This document shows, in pieces, positions 19,897 to 28,702 of a stretch of DNA of 64,000 nucleotides. Positions within the stretch are counted from its first letter, which is position 1; each line of letters begins with the position of its first letter. Both the position numbers and the translations under genes were made by a program. A model generated the notes under the pieces. The model worked only from the letters and a program-made list of their open reading frames with translations, made no database searches and had not been told where the DNA came from. Source of the DNA: Spirochaetia bacterium (lineage in GTDB: Bacteria; Spirochaetota; Spirochaetia; SZUA-6; Bin103); contig CBDBDQ010000005.1 of assembly GCA_965203905.1 (NCBI GenBank), positions 480,001 to 544,000 on the forward strand, in the 5' to 3' direction.

Positions 19897-21609
19897 ATGC
19901 GTAATGCCCTGCTGGTCTACCCCGACTATCCGCCCTCCTACTGGGGCATCAACTACGCGCTGGAGCTGCTCGGCGCGAAGGCGGCGTTCCCGCCGCTCGG
20001 GCTGCTCACGGTCGCGGCGATGTTTCCCCCGCAGTACGAACTGCGCGTCGTCGACATGAACGTTACCGAGCTCGAAGACTCCGACCTGGACTGGGCCGAC
20101 ATGGTGTTCACGTCGACCATGATCGTGCAGCGGGAGTCCCTGCGCACGGTGATCGAGCGCTGCAACCACGCCGGCGTGCCGGTGGTCGCGGGAGGGCCCT
20201 ATCCGACCGCGTGCCACGAGGAGATCGCGGGCGTCGACTACTTCATTCTGGACGAGGCGGAGGAGACCCTCGCCCGGTTCCTGCAGGACCTGGAAGCAGG
20301 CAGAGCCAAACCGATCTATCGCGAGCCGCGCAAACCCGATGTCACGCGGACGCCGATCCCGCGCTTCGACCTCGTCGAGCTGAAGGACTATCACGCCATG
20401 TGCGTGCAGTTCTCGCGCGGCTGCCCGTTCGACTGCGAGTTCTGCGACATCACCAAGCTCTATGGCCGCGTGCCGCGTACCAAGTCGCCGGGGCAGATGG
20501 TCGAGGAGTTCGCAGCGCTGTACCGGCTGGGCTGGCGCGGCTACCTGTTCCTGGTCGACGACAATTTCATAGGCAACAAGCGCGACGCCCTGAAGCTGCT
20601 GCCGGCCATCGCGCAGTGGCAGCAAGCGCACGGGTATCCGTTCCGGCTGTTCACCGAGGCGAGCGTGAACCTGGCCCGCATGGAATCGGTGATGGACGCG
20701 ATGATCGAGGCGGGCTTCAACGGCGTCTTCCTGGGCATCGAGACGCCCAACCCGAAAGCACTGGCGATCACCAAGAAACCGCAGAACATCAGCACGCGCG
20801 AACAGGACTACCTGCTGAACGCCGTCCGCAAGATCCAGCACAAGGGCATGCAGGTGATGGGCGGGTTCATCCTGGGGCTGGACGGAGATGACGAGCGGGT
20901 GTTCGGTTCCCAGATCCAGTTCATTCAGGACGCCGGCATTCCCATGGCGTTGGTCGGGCTGCTGACCGCCCTGAAGGGAACGGACCTCTACCAACGGCTG
21001 CAATCGGAAGGACGGCTCCTGGACGTGCCGGTCGGGACCAGCACGACGGCCCTGAACTTCGTGCCGCAGATGGACCCGGGGAAACTGATCGAGGGATACC
21101 TGCGGGTGAATTCCACGGTCTACGACCCTACCCTCCAGCACTACTTCGAGCGCTGCCTGACCTTGTTCAAGCACTTGAAGCCGCTGCCGCACGTGAGTCC
21201 GTCCCTGGCCAGGCACGAGGTCTATCCGGCGCTGATGATGGTGCGCGGGCGCCTCTCCCCCGGCCAGATCCCCGCCTACAGCAGGTTCATCGCGAAGGTC
21301 TCCAAGGACCATCCGTCCATGCTGGCGGAGGCGATCCGCCTGGCGGCGCTCGGCTATCACTTCGAGAAGTTCACCCGTCATCAGCAGATGTTCCAGGCGT
21401 TCAAGGACTTCCTGGATGCCGAGTTGACGCTGTTCCGGGAGGCCGTATCGCGTCCCGGGACGAATGGCGACAGCTCCGACGGCCGGAAGCAGGCGCTGCT
21501 TGCTCGCGTGGACTCACGCTACCGGTCGATACCGGCCGACTTTCGCTTCGCCGCCGACGGTCTCGACGACGTGGTGGCGTCCTTTCGCGACGCCGTCGCC
21601 CGCGCCTAG
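19897..21609 (+). CDS. B12-binding radical SAM protein with DUF4070-like C-terminus
   Basis: 'PPLGLLTVAA', 'RGCPFDCEFCD' (CxxxCxxC), 'LVDDNFIGN'. Confidence 0.9.
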   Translation: MRNALLVYPDYPPSYWGINYALELLGAKAAFPPLGLLTVAAMFPPQYELRVVDMNVTELEDSDLDWADMVFTSTMIVQRESLRTVIERCNHAGVPVVAGGPYPTACHEEIAGVDYFILDEAEETLARFLQDLEAGRAKPIYREPRKPDVTRTPIPRFDLVELKDYHAMCVQFSRGCPFDCEFCDITKLYGRVPRTKSPGQMVEEFAALYRLGWRGYLFLVDDNFIGNKRDALKLLPAIAQWQQAHGYPFRLFTEASVNLARMESVMDAMIEAGFNGVFLGIETPNPKALAITKKPQNISTREQDYLLNAVRKIQHKGMQVMGGFILGLDGDDERVFGSQIQFIQDAGIPMALVGLLTALKGTDLYQRLQSEGRLLDVPVGTSTTALNFVPQMDPGKLIEGYLRVNSTVYDPTLQHYFERCLTLFKHLKPLPHVSPSLARHEVYPALMMVRGRLSPGQIPAYSRFIAKVSKDHPSMLAEAIRLAALGYHFEKFTRHQQMFQAFKDFLDAELTLFREAVSRPGTNGDSSDGRKQALLARVDSRYRSIPADFRFAADGLDDVVASFRDAVARA

Positions 21610-22004
21610 ATCACTTCGACGCGCAGGATGTCCTCCAGCCCGCTGAAGTCCTTGGTGTCGCGGGTGTAGAGGGGCACGTCGTTGGCCACCGCAGTAGCGG
21701 CTATCAGCAGATCCGCGAACCGCCGCGAGCCGGTACGACCCGCGGAGCGCGCCGCCGCAAAGACGCGGCCGTAGGCACGAGCGGCATCGGCGTCGAGCGG
21801 CAACGGGGCCCATGTCGCCGCGGCCCACTGCAGCCGATCCTGCCGTCGCGCCCGTTCGTCCGGGTCGTCGGTAGCGTGCGGACCGGCCGCCAGTTCCGCG
21901 ATGGTGACGGCCGAGATCGCCGCTTCATCCGGCAGCAGCGCCGGATCGAGGAGGTCGTGATCCAGCACTACGGACGTGTCCAGCAGACCCTTGGCGTCAG
22001 CCAT
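21606..22004 (-). CDS. vapC: VapC-family PIN toxin
   Basis: 'LLDTSVV', 'TIAEL', 'DLLIAATA', 'LYTRD..DF'. Confidence 0.9.
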   Translation of the reverse strand: MADAKGLLDTSVVLDHDLLDPALLPDEAAISAVTIAELAAGPHATDDPDERARRQDRLQWAAATWAPLPLDADAARAYGRVFAAARSAGRTGSRRFADLLIAATAVANDVPLYTRDTKDFSGLEDILRVEVI

Positions 22005-22242
22005 CGACGCTCTGTTCGACCACCGCGTCGAGATCGGCCAGGAAGCGACGTGCATCGACCCTCGGTGCGCGGCCGGCTGCCGCTGCCAGAGCCGCGCGCG
22101 GCACGAAGCGGTGCGGCGGGAGTGGCCGCAGCTCCGCTACCGGCGTGCCATTGCGCGTGACCACGATTGTCTGCCCCGCCTGCACCTCGCGCAGGATGGC
22201 TCCGGAGTCGTTGCGCATCTCCCGTTGAGTGATGGAACGCAT
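21997..22242 (-). CDS. Phd/YefM-family antitoxin
   Basis: 'ITQREMRN..ILREV..VVTRNGTPVAELRP'; overlaps the toxin start. Confidence 0.9.
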   Translation of the reverse strand: MRSITQREMRNDSGAILREVQAGQTIVVTRNGTPVAELRPLPPHRFVPRAALAAAAGRAPRVDARRFLADLDAVVEQSVDG

Positions 22243-22274
22243 GGTGATGAGTGTAGCATATGTAGCACTTTGTA

Positions 22275-22700
22275 GCTATCGGTAGGGGCGGTACAGTGGC
22301 GGTACAGCCAAGCGGGCGCGCCGTCGCGGTTGTCGGGCACCGCGCCTTCCTGCGTGTCCCAGACTTCGAACTTGTCGGGGCCGTCGCCCCTGTTGCCGCG
22401 GGCGTAGAACGGGACCGCCGTAAGCCGGGAGCAGACTCCCGCAGCGGCCTCGATCACCACCACGTCACCGAGCAACCCGGCCTCGCGGCGTTCGGTGAAG
22501 TGCGGGTGGACGCCGATGGCCGGCTCCGGCAGGCGCGCGTTGTCCACCGCCTCGAAGCAGTACAGAACCGGCCCGCGCCTGCACGGCGACTCTGCCCCGG
22601 TCGTCCTGCACCGACGGGTTGGCTTGCCTGCGCACCGGTTCCATGGTCAGGTCGAGCTCGACCCTTTCGCCGCCGTAGAAGTCGAGCACCTGGCCCGATG
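22275..22700 (-). pseudogene. Frameshifted C-terminal remnant of a GH127 beta-L-arabinofuranosidase-like gene
   Basis: 'VELDLTMEPVRRQANPSVQDDRGRVAVQ', then in another frame 'RGPVLYCFEAVDN..LTAVPFYARGNRG..EVW'. Confidence 0.75.
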
Positions 22701-24248
22701 TCAGCCGTCTGCCAACTCGAATGCCGTCACGTTGCGCGTCTGGCGGCTAAGTTCCACTCCGATCAGGTGGATGGGCTCACCCCGCCCCCGGTACTTGTCC
22801 GCGTAGCCCCGCTCCCGCAACTGCGCCAGCGCCGACCCCGCCGCCGCCAGCTCGACTACCTTGAACTCGAACAGGTACACGTGCCCGCCGGTCCTCACCG
22901 CCATGTCCAGGCGCCCGTGGCTGCTCGACTCCTCCACCACGATCTCGTACCCCAGCGCCGCGAAGTACGAATAGAAAACGCTCGCGTAGTACCCCTCGTA
23001 CTGCGCGATGTCGTTGTTGGTGTGCCATTCGTACGGAATGCTCGCGAAGAACGCGTGGAACAGCTCCTGCAGCCCCGCGCAGTCGTGCGTGGCAAGCAGC
23101 CGTTGCAGCCGCATGCTGTTCGCCGTCTGCTGCTCCACGTCCTGCACCAGGTGGCGCAGCAGATGCTCGTTCAGGCTCTGGCGCACCTCCCGGTTCGGGT
23201 AGCCCAGCCGATACAGCACCTTGCCGCCCAGCTCCTCTTCCCCCGTTACTGTCAGGTAACCGGTCTGGAACAGCAACGCCTGCGTGCCGATCTGGCCCAC
23301 GTCGAACCTCGACAGCAGTTCCGTCGTGCCCACCATCCGGTCCAGCGACACCGACGCCACCCGCCGCTCGAACAGCAGGTCCACCAGAAACGCCGGCGTC
23401 CCGGTCTCGAACCAGTGCGCGGCGAACTCGCGGCTGTCGAACAGCAGCAGCACGTCGTACGGGTTGTACACCTTCTCCTCGCCGCGCCAGCGGTAGCCGT
23501 TGTACCACTCACGGATCCGTTCCCGGTCCAGCCCGGCCAGTTCCGGCGCGAACACCGTGTCCAGATCCGGGTCCGTGTAGCCGCAGATCGACGAGTAGCG
23601 TCGATCCAACGTGAGGTCGGTGAGATTATTCAACTGCGAGAACAGGTTCACCTTGGAGAACTTGCTGATGCCGGTGAGGAACGTGAACCGCACGTGCGCG
23701 TCCGAGTCCTTGATCACCCCGTACAGCCCGCGCAGGTAGTCGCGGTTCGCGCGCGCCACCTCCGGCGTCCCCAACGCGTCCAGGATCGGCTTGTCGTACT
23801 CGTCCACCAGCACCACCACCCGCTGCCCCGTCTGCCGGTGCAGCGTTCGCAGCAGACGGCGCAAGCGCGGCGACGCGCCGCCGTCGTGGGATGCAATGCC
23901 CGCCGCCTCCTCCAGGTCCTCCAACTGGAATGCCACGTCCTCGTGCAGCGTCGCGGGCTCGGTGAAGCTGCCGCTGCCGAAGCTCAGCCGTACCACCGGA
24001 TGCCGCTCCGACCAATCGTGGCGGTCGTGGATGTAGAGCCCTGCGAACAGCGCCTCGTTGCCCTCGAACAGCTCCTTCAGCGTGTCCAGAAACAGGCTCT
24101 TGCCAAACCGCCGGGGCCGCGACAGAAAGTAATGTGTGCCCCTGCGGAGCAACCGCTCGATGAAGGCGGTCTTGTCCACGTAGTAGCAGTCCTGCTCCCG
24201 CAGCTTGCGGAACGTCTGTATCCCGATCGGCAGTCTGCGCCGGGCCAT
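22701..24248 (-). CDS. AAA-ATPase-like protein with C-terminal PD-(D/E)XK nuclease (DUF1703-like)
   Basis: 'LPIGIQTF', 'SRPRRFGKS', 'LVDEYDKP', 'GRLDM..FEFK'; alternative start 24257. Confidence 0.92.
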   Translation of the reverse strand: MARRRLPIGIQTFRKLREQDCYYVDKTAFIERLLRRGTHYFLSRPRRFGKSLFLDTLKELFEGNEALFAGLYIHDRHDWSERHPVVRLSFGSGSFTEPATLHEDVAFQLEDLEEAAGIASHDGGASPRLRRLLRTLHRQTGQRVVVLVDEYDKPILDALGTPEVARANRDYLRGLYGVIKDSDAHVRFTFLTGISKFSKVNLFSQLNNLTDLTLDRRYSSICGYTDPDLDTVFAPELAGLDRERIREWYNGYRWRGEEKVYNPYDVLLLFDSREFAAHWFETGTPAFLVDLLFERRVASVSLDRMVGTTELLSRFDVGQIGTQALLFQTGYLTVTGEEELGGKVLYRLGYPNREVRQSLNEHLLRHLVQDVEQQTANSMRLQRLLATHDCAGLQELFHAFFASIPYEWHTNNDIAQYEGYYASVFYSYFAALGYEIVVEESSSHGRLDMAVRTGGHVYLFEFKVVELAAAGSALAQLRERGYADKYRGRGEPIHLIGVELSRQTRNVTAFELADG

Positions 24249-24293
24249 CGGGCTCATCTTACCTCGTCGAGGTGCTCACCGCCGCCGCCCGCG

Positions 24294-24317
24294 GGGGACG
24301 GCAGCGCTGCCGTCCCC
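24294..24317. terminator. Perfect 24-bp palindrome after the SBP gene (terminator/REP-like)
   Basis: ggggacggcagc|gctgccgtcccc; no U-tract. Confidence 0.55.
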
Positions 24318-24326
24318 GCTCAGCGC

Positions 24327-25955
24327 TTAGCTGGTGAACTTGTCGTACTCGCGCTGCAGGATCTCCATGTATCGTTCCAGCCCCATCCGGTTGAGGGTGG
24401 CGATGTAGTCGTCCCACTGCTCGTCGATGCCGCCGTCCACGACCCACTTGGCATATTGGCTCTCCACGTAGTTGCCGATGTCGGCCTCCAGGAAGCTCAA
24501 CTCTTCGGCGGTTTCATCGTCGAAGAAGATCGGCGGGTAGGTCCGATCGGGCTTGAAGTAAGGCATATAGAACTCGTTGTCTGCGATCTTGCGATAGGCC
24601 TCGTTGTTGCCCATGCGAAGCTTGTTCAGCACAAACTCATTGCTCAGCCAACCGGCGGTCATCGCTTCGTCCAGCGCCCTCTTGTGTTTCCACTCGCCGT
24701 CGGTGTAGCCCTCCGGTGCGGGCAGTATCTCCATCGATCCGTCATCGTACATCCTGGTGCCGGAGTCGAGCGCGCCAAACGCATACTGCAGTGCGACGGA
24801 TGACTCATAGGCCTCGTCGACGAACCTGATCGTTGCCTCCGGATGCTCATTGACCGTCGTCATCGCGAACCGGTTTCGGTAGATCCTGATGTCCACGGTC
24901 TGGCTCTGGTGCGCCTGGGTACCGTCGGGACCGATGAACGGCGGCAGCCTGAGGTAGTCGTCGAGGTACTGCACGCCGACCCCATCCATTACCGTCCACG
25001 CCGACGCCAGGCCGACCAGCATGGTCTCCGGGTTGCGTACCCGGCCCGAAAACTCGGGCCAACTGTTGGAGAAATACTCGATGTCGATCAGCCCATCGGC
25101 CCACAGCTTGCGGATATACTTGACGGCATCCCGGTAGTTCTCCAGGGTGGGCTGAAACACCACTTCGCCATCGATCACGGTGTGGTAGAAGTGCCACCCT
25201 CGCGGCGTCTGCGGTGAGAAGAGAATGTCGAAGGCCGGGAATATGTAGGTGCCGACCCCGGTCATGCCACCGAGCAACCAGCTTCCGGCTCCGGTGATCG
25301 GAATCTCATCGGCCTTGCCGTTGCCGTTCGGGTCGCCCTCCTTGAACGCCTTCAGCACCACGTACAGCTCATCCAGCGTGGTCGGTACTTCCAGGCCCAG
25401 GGCATCGAGCCACGTCTTGTTGATCCAGATCGTGTTGAAGGTATTCGGCCGTGTCGAAATGAAGCTGGCCAGGCCGTAGATGTGCCCGTCCGGGGCGGTC
25501 ATCACGGCCCGGGTGTCGGGCTCGGTCTCCATCATTTTCCGGATATTCGGCGCGTACGCCTCGATCAACTCCTCGAGCGGGCGGAATCTCTCCTTATTCA
25601 GGGTGATCTTCTCGTTCGTCAATGTGACGCCGCCATAGAACCCGTCCGGCAGGTCGCCCGATGCTAGCATCAGGTTGACCTTTTCGGCTGCCCCCTCGCG
25701 CAACAGAACCTCCCAGACGATGTCGATATTGGTCTTCTCTTCGATCGGCCAGAGGAACTCCAGGGTATCCATGTCGTCCTTCGTGCCGGTGTGGCTGAAA
25801 GCGAACGTCAACTGGATCTGCTCGTCGACGACCGGGTATCCGGTGGCGTTGAAAACGGCGGTCCCCGACGCCTCCTCCTCGCCGCCGGCGAAAACGGCAA
25901 CCGGGATGAGCAGCACCATGATGCTGACTGCTGCAGCTACGAAAACTGTCTTCAA
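24327..25955 (-). CDS. Carbohydrate ABC solute-binding protein
   Basis: TTG start after AAGGAG; signal peptide; 'MLASGDLPD', 'GDPNGNGKADEIP'. Confidence 0.9.
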   Translation of the reverse strand: MKTVFVAAAVSIMVLLIPVAVFAGGEEEASGTAVFNATGYPVVDEQIQLTFAFSHTGTKDDMDTLEFLWPIEEKTNIDIVWEVLLREGAAEKVNLMLASGDLPDGFYGGVTLTNEKITLNKERFRPLEELIEAYAPNIRKMMETEPDTRAVMTAPDGHIYGLASFISTRPNTFNTIWINKTWLDALGLEVPTTLDELYVVLKAFKEGDPNGNGKADEIPITGAGSWLLGGMTGVGTYIFPAFDILFSPQTPRGWHFYHTVIDGEVVFQPTLENYRDAVKYIRKLWADGLIDIEYFSNSWPEFSGRVRNPETMLVGLASAWTVMDGVGVQYLDDYLRLPPFIGPDGTQAHQSQTVDIRIYRNRFAMTTVNEHPEATIRFVDEAYESSVALQYAFGALDSGTRMYDDGSMEILPAPEGYTDGEWKHKRALDEAMTAGWLSNEFVLNKLRMGNNEAYRKIADNEFYMPYFKPDRTYPPIFFDDETAEELSFLEADIGNYVESQYAKWVVDGGIDEQWDDYIATLNRMGLERYMEILQREYDKFTS

Positions 25956-25990
25956 GAAAGACTCCTTGTGATTGGTCGGTTCCACTTCGA

Positions 25991-26878
25991 TCACCCCTTG
26001 ATCGAGCCTATCATGACCCCCTGGCTGAAGTATTTCTGCAGAAACGGATACACCATCAGGATGGGTACCGTGGAAACCACGATGAGCGCGTACTTGAGGA
26101 TCTCTCCGACGCGCATGATATCTCCCCAGTGCACCGCATCGGTTATGTCCGCTGTGAGATTCGCTATCAGTATGGTTCTCAGAATGATCTGCAGCGGCAT
26201 CAGAACATCGCTCTTCAGATAGATGAGCGGGATAAAAAACTGGTTCCACTGCGATACGGCATGGAACAGCGCCACCACCGCAATGATCGCCTTGGACAGC
26301 GGCAGAACGACGGCAAGAAAGAAGCGCAGGTTGGTGCATCCGTCCATGAATGCGGCGTCCTTCAGCTCGTCCGGCACAGTCTGCTGGAAGAATGTCCGCG
26401 CCACGATGATGTGAAACACGTTGACTGCGAACGGCAGCACCATCACCCAGAAGCTATCGAGCATACCCAGCTTCAGGATGGTGAGGTACGTGGGTATCAG
26501 GCCGCCGTTGAAAAACATGGTGATCACGAAGTAGACCATGAACAGGTTGCGGAAGCGGAAATCTTTCCTGGACAACGCATACGCAGCCGGCAGAATCAAC
26601 AGCAGATGAAACAGCACTCCCACGGACGTGTATGCGAAGGTGTTTCGGTAACTGCGCCAGATCTTCTCGTCCTCGAGCACCTTCTCGTACGCCTGCACGT
26701 TCGGCTTGCGCGGATACAGCCAGACGTAGCCATTGATCACGTAGTCCGGATCGCTGAAGGAAGCGACGATGACGAAGTACAGCGGATACACGACCGATGC
26801 GCATATCAGGACCAGCGTCACGCTCAGGAATACCTGGAACGCGCGGTCGCTGAATGCTTCCGAGTTCGACCGTATCAT
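25991..26878 (-). CDS. Carbohydrate ABC permease (LplC-like)
   Basis: 'FNGGLIPTY', EAA-like loop 'DAAFMDG', 'YPFLQKYF..G...GSIKG'. Confidence 0.93.
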   Translation of the reverse strand: MIRSNSEAFSDRAFQVFLSVTLVLICASVVYPLYFVIVASFSDPDYVINGYVWLYPRKPNVQAYEKVLEDEKIWRSYRNTFAYTSVGVLFHLLLILPAAYALSRKDFRFRNLFMVYFVITMFFNGGLIPTYLTILKLGMLDSFWVMVLPFAVNVFHIIVARTFFQQTVPDELKDAAFMDGCTNLRFFLAVVLPLSKAIIAVVALFHAVSQWNQFFIPLIYLKSDVLMPLQIILRTILIANLTADITDAVHWGDIMRVGEILKYALIVVSTVPILMVYPFLQKYFSQGVMIGSIKG

Positions 26879-26885
26879 GCCGCTG

Positions 26886-27812
26886 CTACCATAGCGTCGT
26901 CTGCTTCATGGACTTCGCAAGCTGGTTCGTCGCCAACAGCAGGACAAAGTTGACCAACGTCTGAAACAGGCCCACCGCAGTGGCGAAACTGAACTGCGAG
27001 CGGCCGATGCCGACCTTGTATACGTACGTGGGAAGCACCTCGGCAACATCGAGAATGAGGCTGTTCTGCATCAGAAACACCTTCTCGAAGCCGATCGTCA
27101 TCAGCACCCCGACCCTGAGAATCAGCAGGATCATGATCGTCGGCAGCAGCGAGGGGATGTCGATGTGGATGATCTTCTGCAGCCTGGTGGCGCCATCGAC
27201 GCGCGCCGCCTCGTACAGGTTGGGGTCCACGGCCGACAGCGCGGCCAGGTAGATGATGCTCGACCAGCCCATGTGCTGCCACACGTCACTGACGACGTAG
27301 ATGGTTCGGAACCATTGCTGCGCGGCAAGCAGATTGATCGGAGTGGCGCCGATTGCTCTGACCGCGGCCCCGTACAAGCCGGCTTGGGGCGACAGGAACA
27401 GCTTGATCATGCCGACGATGACCACGATCGATATGAAGTGCGGCATGTAGGTGACGGTCTGGACGAATCGCTTGGCCCGTTCGTTGCGCACCTCGTTCAG
27501 CAGCAAGGCGAGGAAGATGGGCGCCGGAAACGCAATCACCAGGATGTACAGATTCAGCAGCAGCGTATTGAAGACCACCGGCCATCCGTACGCGGAGTTG
27601 AAAAACCGTTCGAAGTGCTTGAACCCCACCCAGGGACTGCCGACGATTCCGCGGGCGATGCGGAAGTCCTTGAAGGCGATGATGATGCCGTACATGGGGA
27701 CGTAGTTCACCACGAAGACGATGATTACCGCCGGCAGCAGAAACAGGATCAGGTCGTTGTTATGGCGCTTGGCGGTTCCGTTTCCGTCGAGCGGGAGTCC
27801 TGACTCTGCCAT
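26886..27812 (-). CDS. Carbohydrate ABC permease (LplB-like)
   Basis: 'YMPHFIS', 'IIYLAAL..LYEAARVDGA'. Confidence 0.93.
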   Translation of the reverse strand: MAESGLPLDGNGTAKRHNNDLILFLLPAVIIVFVVNYVPMYGIIIAFKDFRIARGIVGSPWVGFKHFERFFNSAYGWPVVFNTLLLNLYILVIAFPAPIFLALLLNEVRNERAKRFVQTVTYMPHFISIVVIVGMIKLFLSPQAGLYGAAVRAIGATPINLLAAQQWFRTIYVVSDVWQHMGWSSIIYLAALSAVDPNLYEAARVDGATRLQKIIHIDIPSLLPTIMILLILRVGVLMTIGFEKVFLMQNSLILDVAEVLPTYVYKVGIGRSQFSFATAVGLFQTLVNFVLLLATNQLAKSMKQTTLW

Positions 27813-28006
27813 CAGCAATTCAGCCCGGTGATTGTTATGCCTTCGACGAAGTACCTTTGAAAGAAGGCGAATAAAACGGTGGTGTAACAACATCGAATTC
27901 AGTGATACTATTGTAAATCGAAGTCCCGAGTTGAAGGACGGCTGCGGCTTCATCACGCCGGATACGGGCGGTGACCGCGCTTCCGTAGTGTAGCAGCGTC
28001 GCCCGC

Positions 28007-28570
28007 TCAGGAGAGACCCGCAGGGGCTTGAGGATCAGGCCGGTGCTCTGCGGGACCGTCGAGCATCCGCCGCACCAATGATTCGGGCTCAATAAGAAGG
28101 TCCGAGACTCGCTTCCCTAGAGCCTCAGCGATTGCAGTCAATGTCTTTACCCTGGGCGTCTGTTCGCCGTTCTCGAGCCGTACCAGCGTAACGCGTCCAA
28201 TGTTTGCCGCTCGTGATAGCTCCTCCTGAGTCAATCCCGCCGAATCTCGCAACGCTCTGAGTCGCTCGCCGAGGATCCGCCTTCCGCCCATGGCTATCGC
28301 CTCAATGGTGAATCGGTAGGATTCGTCACAGTAGTGACGCGCGAAATCCCAGGGAATCTCAATGTGTTCCCCGTTGACCGTGTTGAGAATCATCTGGTAT
28401 GGGTTCGGCAATTCAAGACTGGACAGGTCCGTAGCGTCATCGATCTCATCAATATCGCTATAGGGTATCATGCCTTTGTACCCATCTGCGAAGCTCAACT
28501 GGACTCCATCGGCCACTATGGTAGCGGCCATCATCATCCGATCTGCGTTCTTTACCAGAACCGCATCCAT
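28007..28570 (-). CDS. DUF2442-like antitoxin domain fused to XRE HTH
   Basis: N-term 'VQLSFADG..IPY'; C-term 'LRDSAGLTQEELSRAANIGRVTLVRLENG'. Confidence 0.75.
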   Translation of the reverse strand: MDAVLVKNADRMMMAATIVADGVQLSFADGYKGMIPYSDIDEIDDATDLSSLELPNPYQMILNTVNGEHIEIPWDFARHYCDESYRFTIEAIAMGGRRILGERLRALRDSAGLTQEELSRAANIGRVTLVRLENGEQTPRVKTLTAIAEALGKRVSDLLIEPESLVRRMLDGPAEHRPDPQAPAGLS

Positions 28571-28573
28571 CGC

Positions 28574-28645
28574 CTATCCTCCATGAATGGCTTCCCGCGT
28601 GTTGATAACGAACCGAAACTGTCCTTCCGTGACGACGGTCGGCAC
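28574..28645 (-). pseudogene. Internally deleted DUF4160-family toxin (23 aa left)
   Basis: GAGGA RBS, GTG, MPTVVTEGQFRFVINTRE-AIHGG*; stop 3 nt before the antitoxin ATG; the 'PPHVHV' core is absent. Confidence 0.65.
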
Positions 28646-28702
28646 TCGGAATCCTCGGACAGCGTAGCCACGCTCCCCCCGCGCATCGCGATCATCCGTG
28701 TA

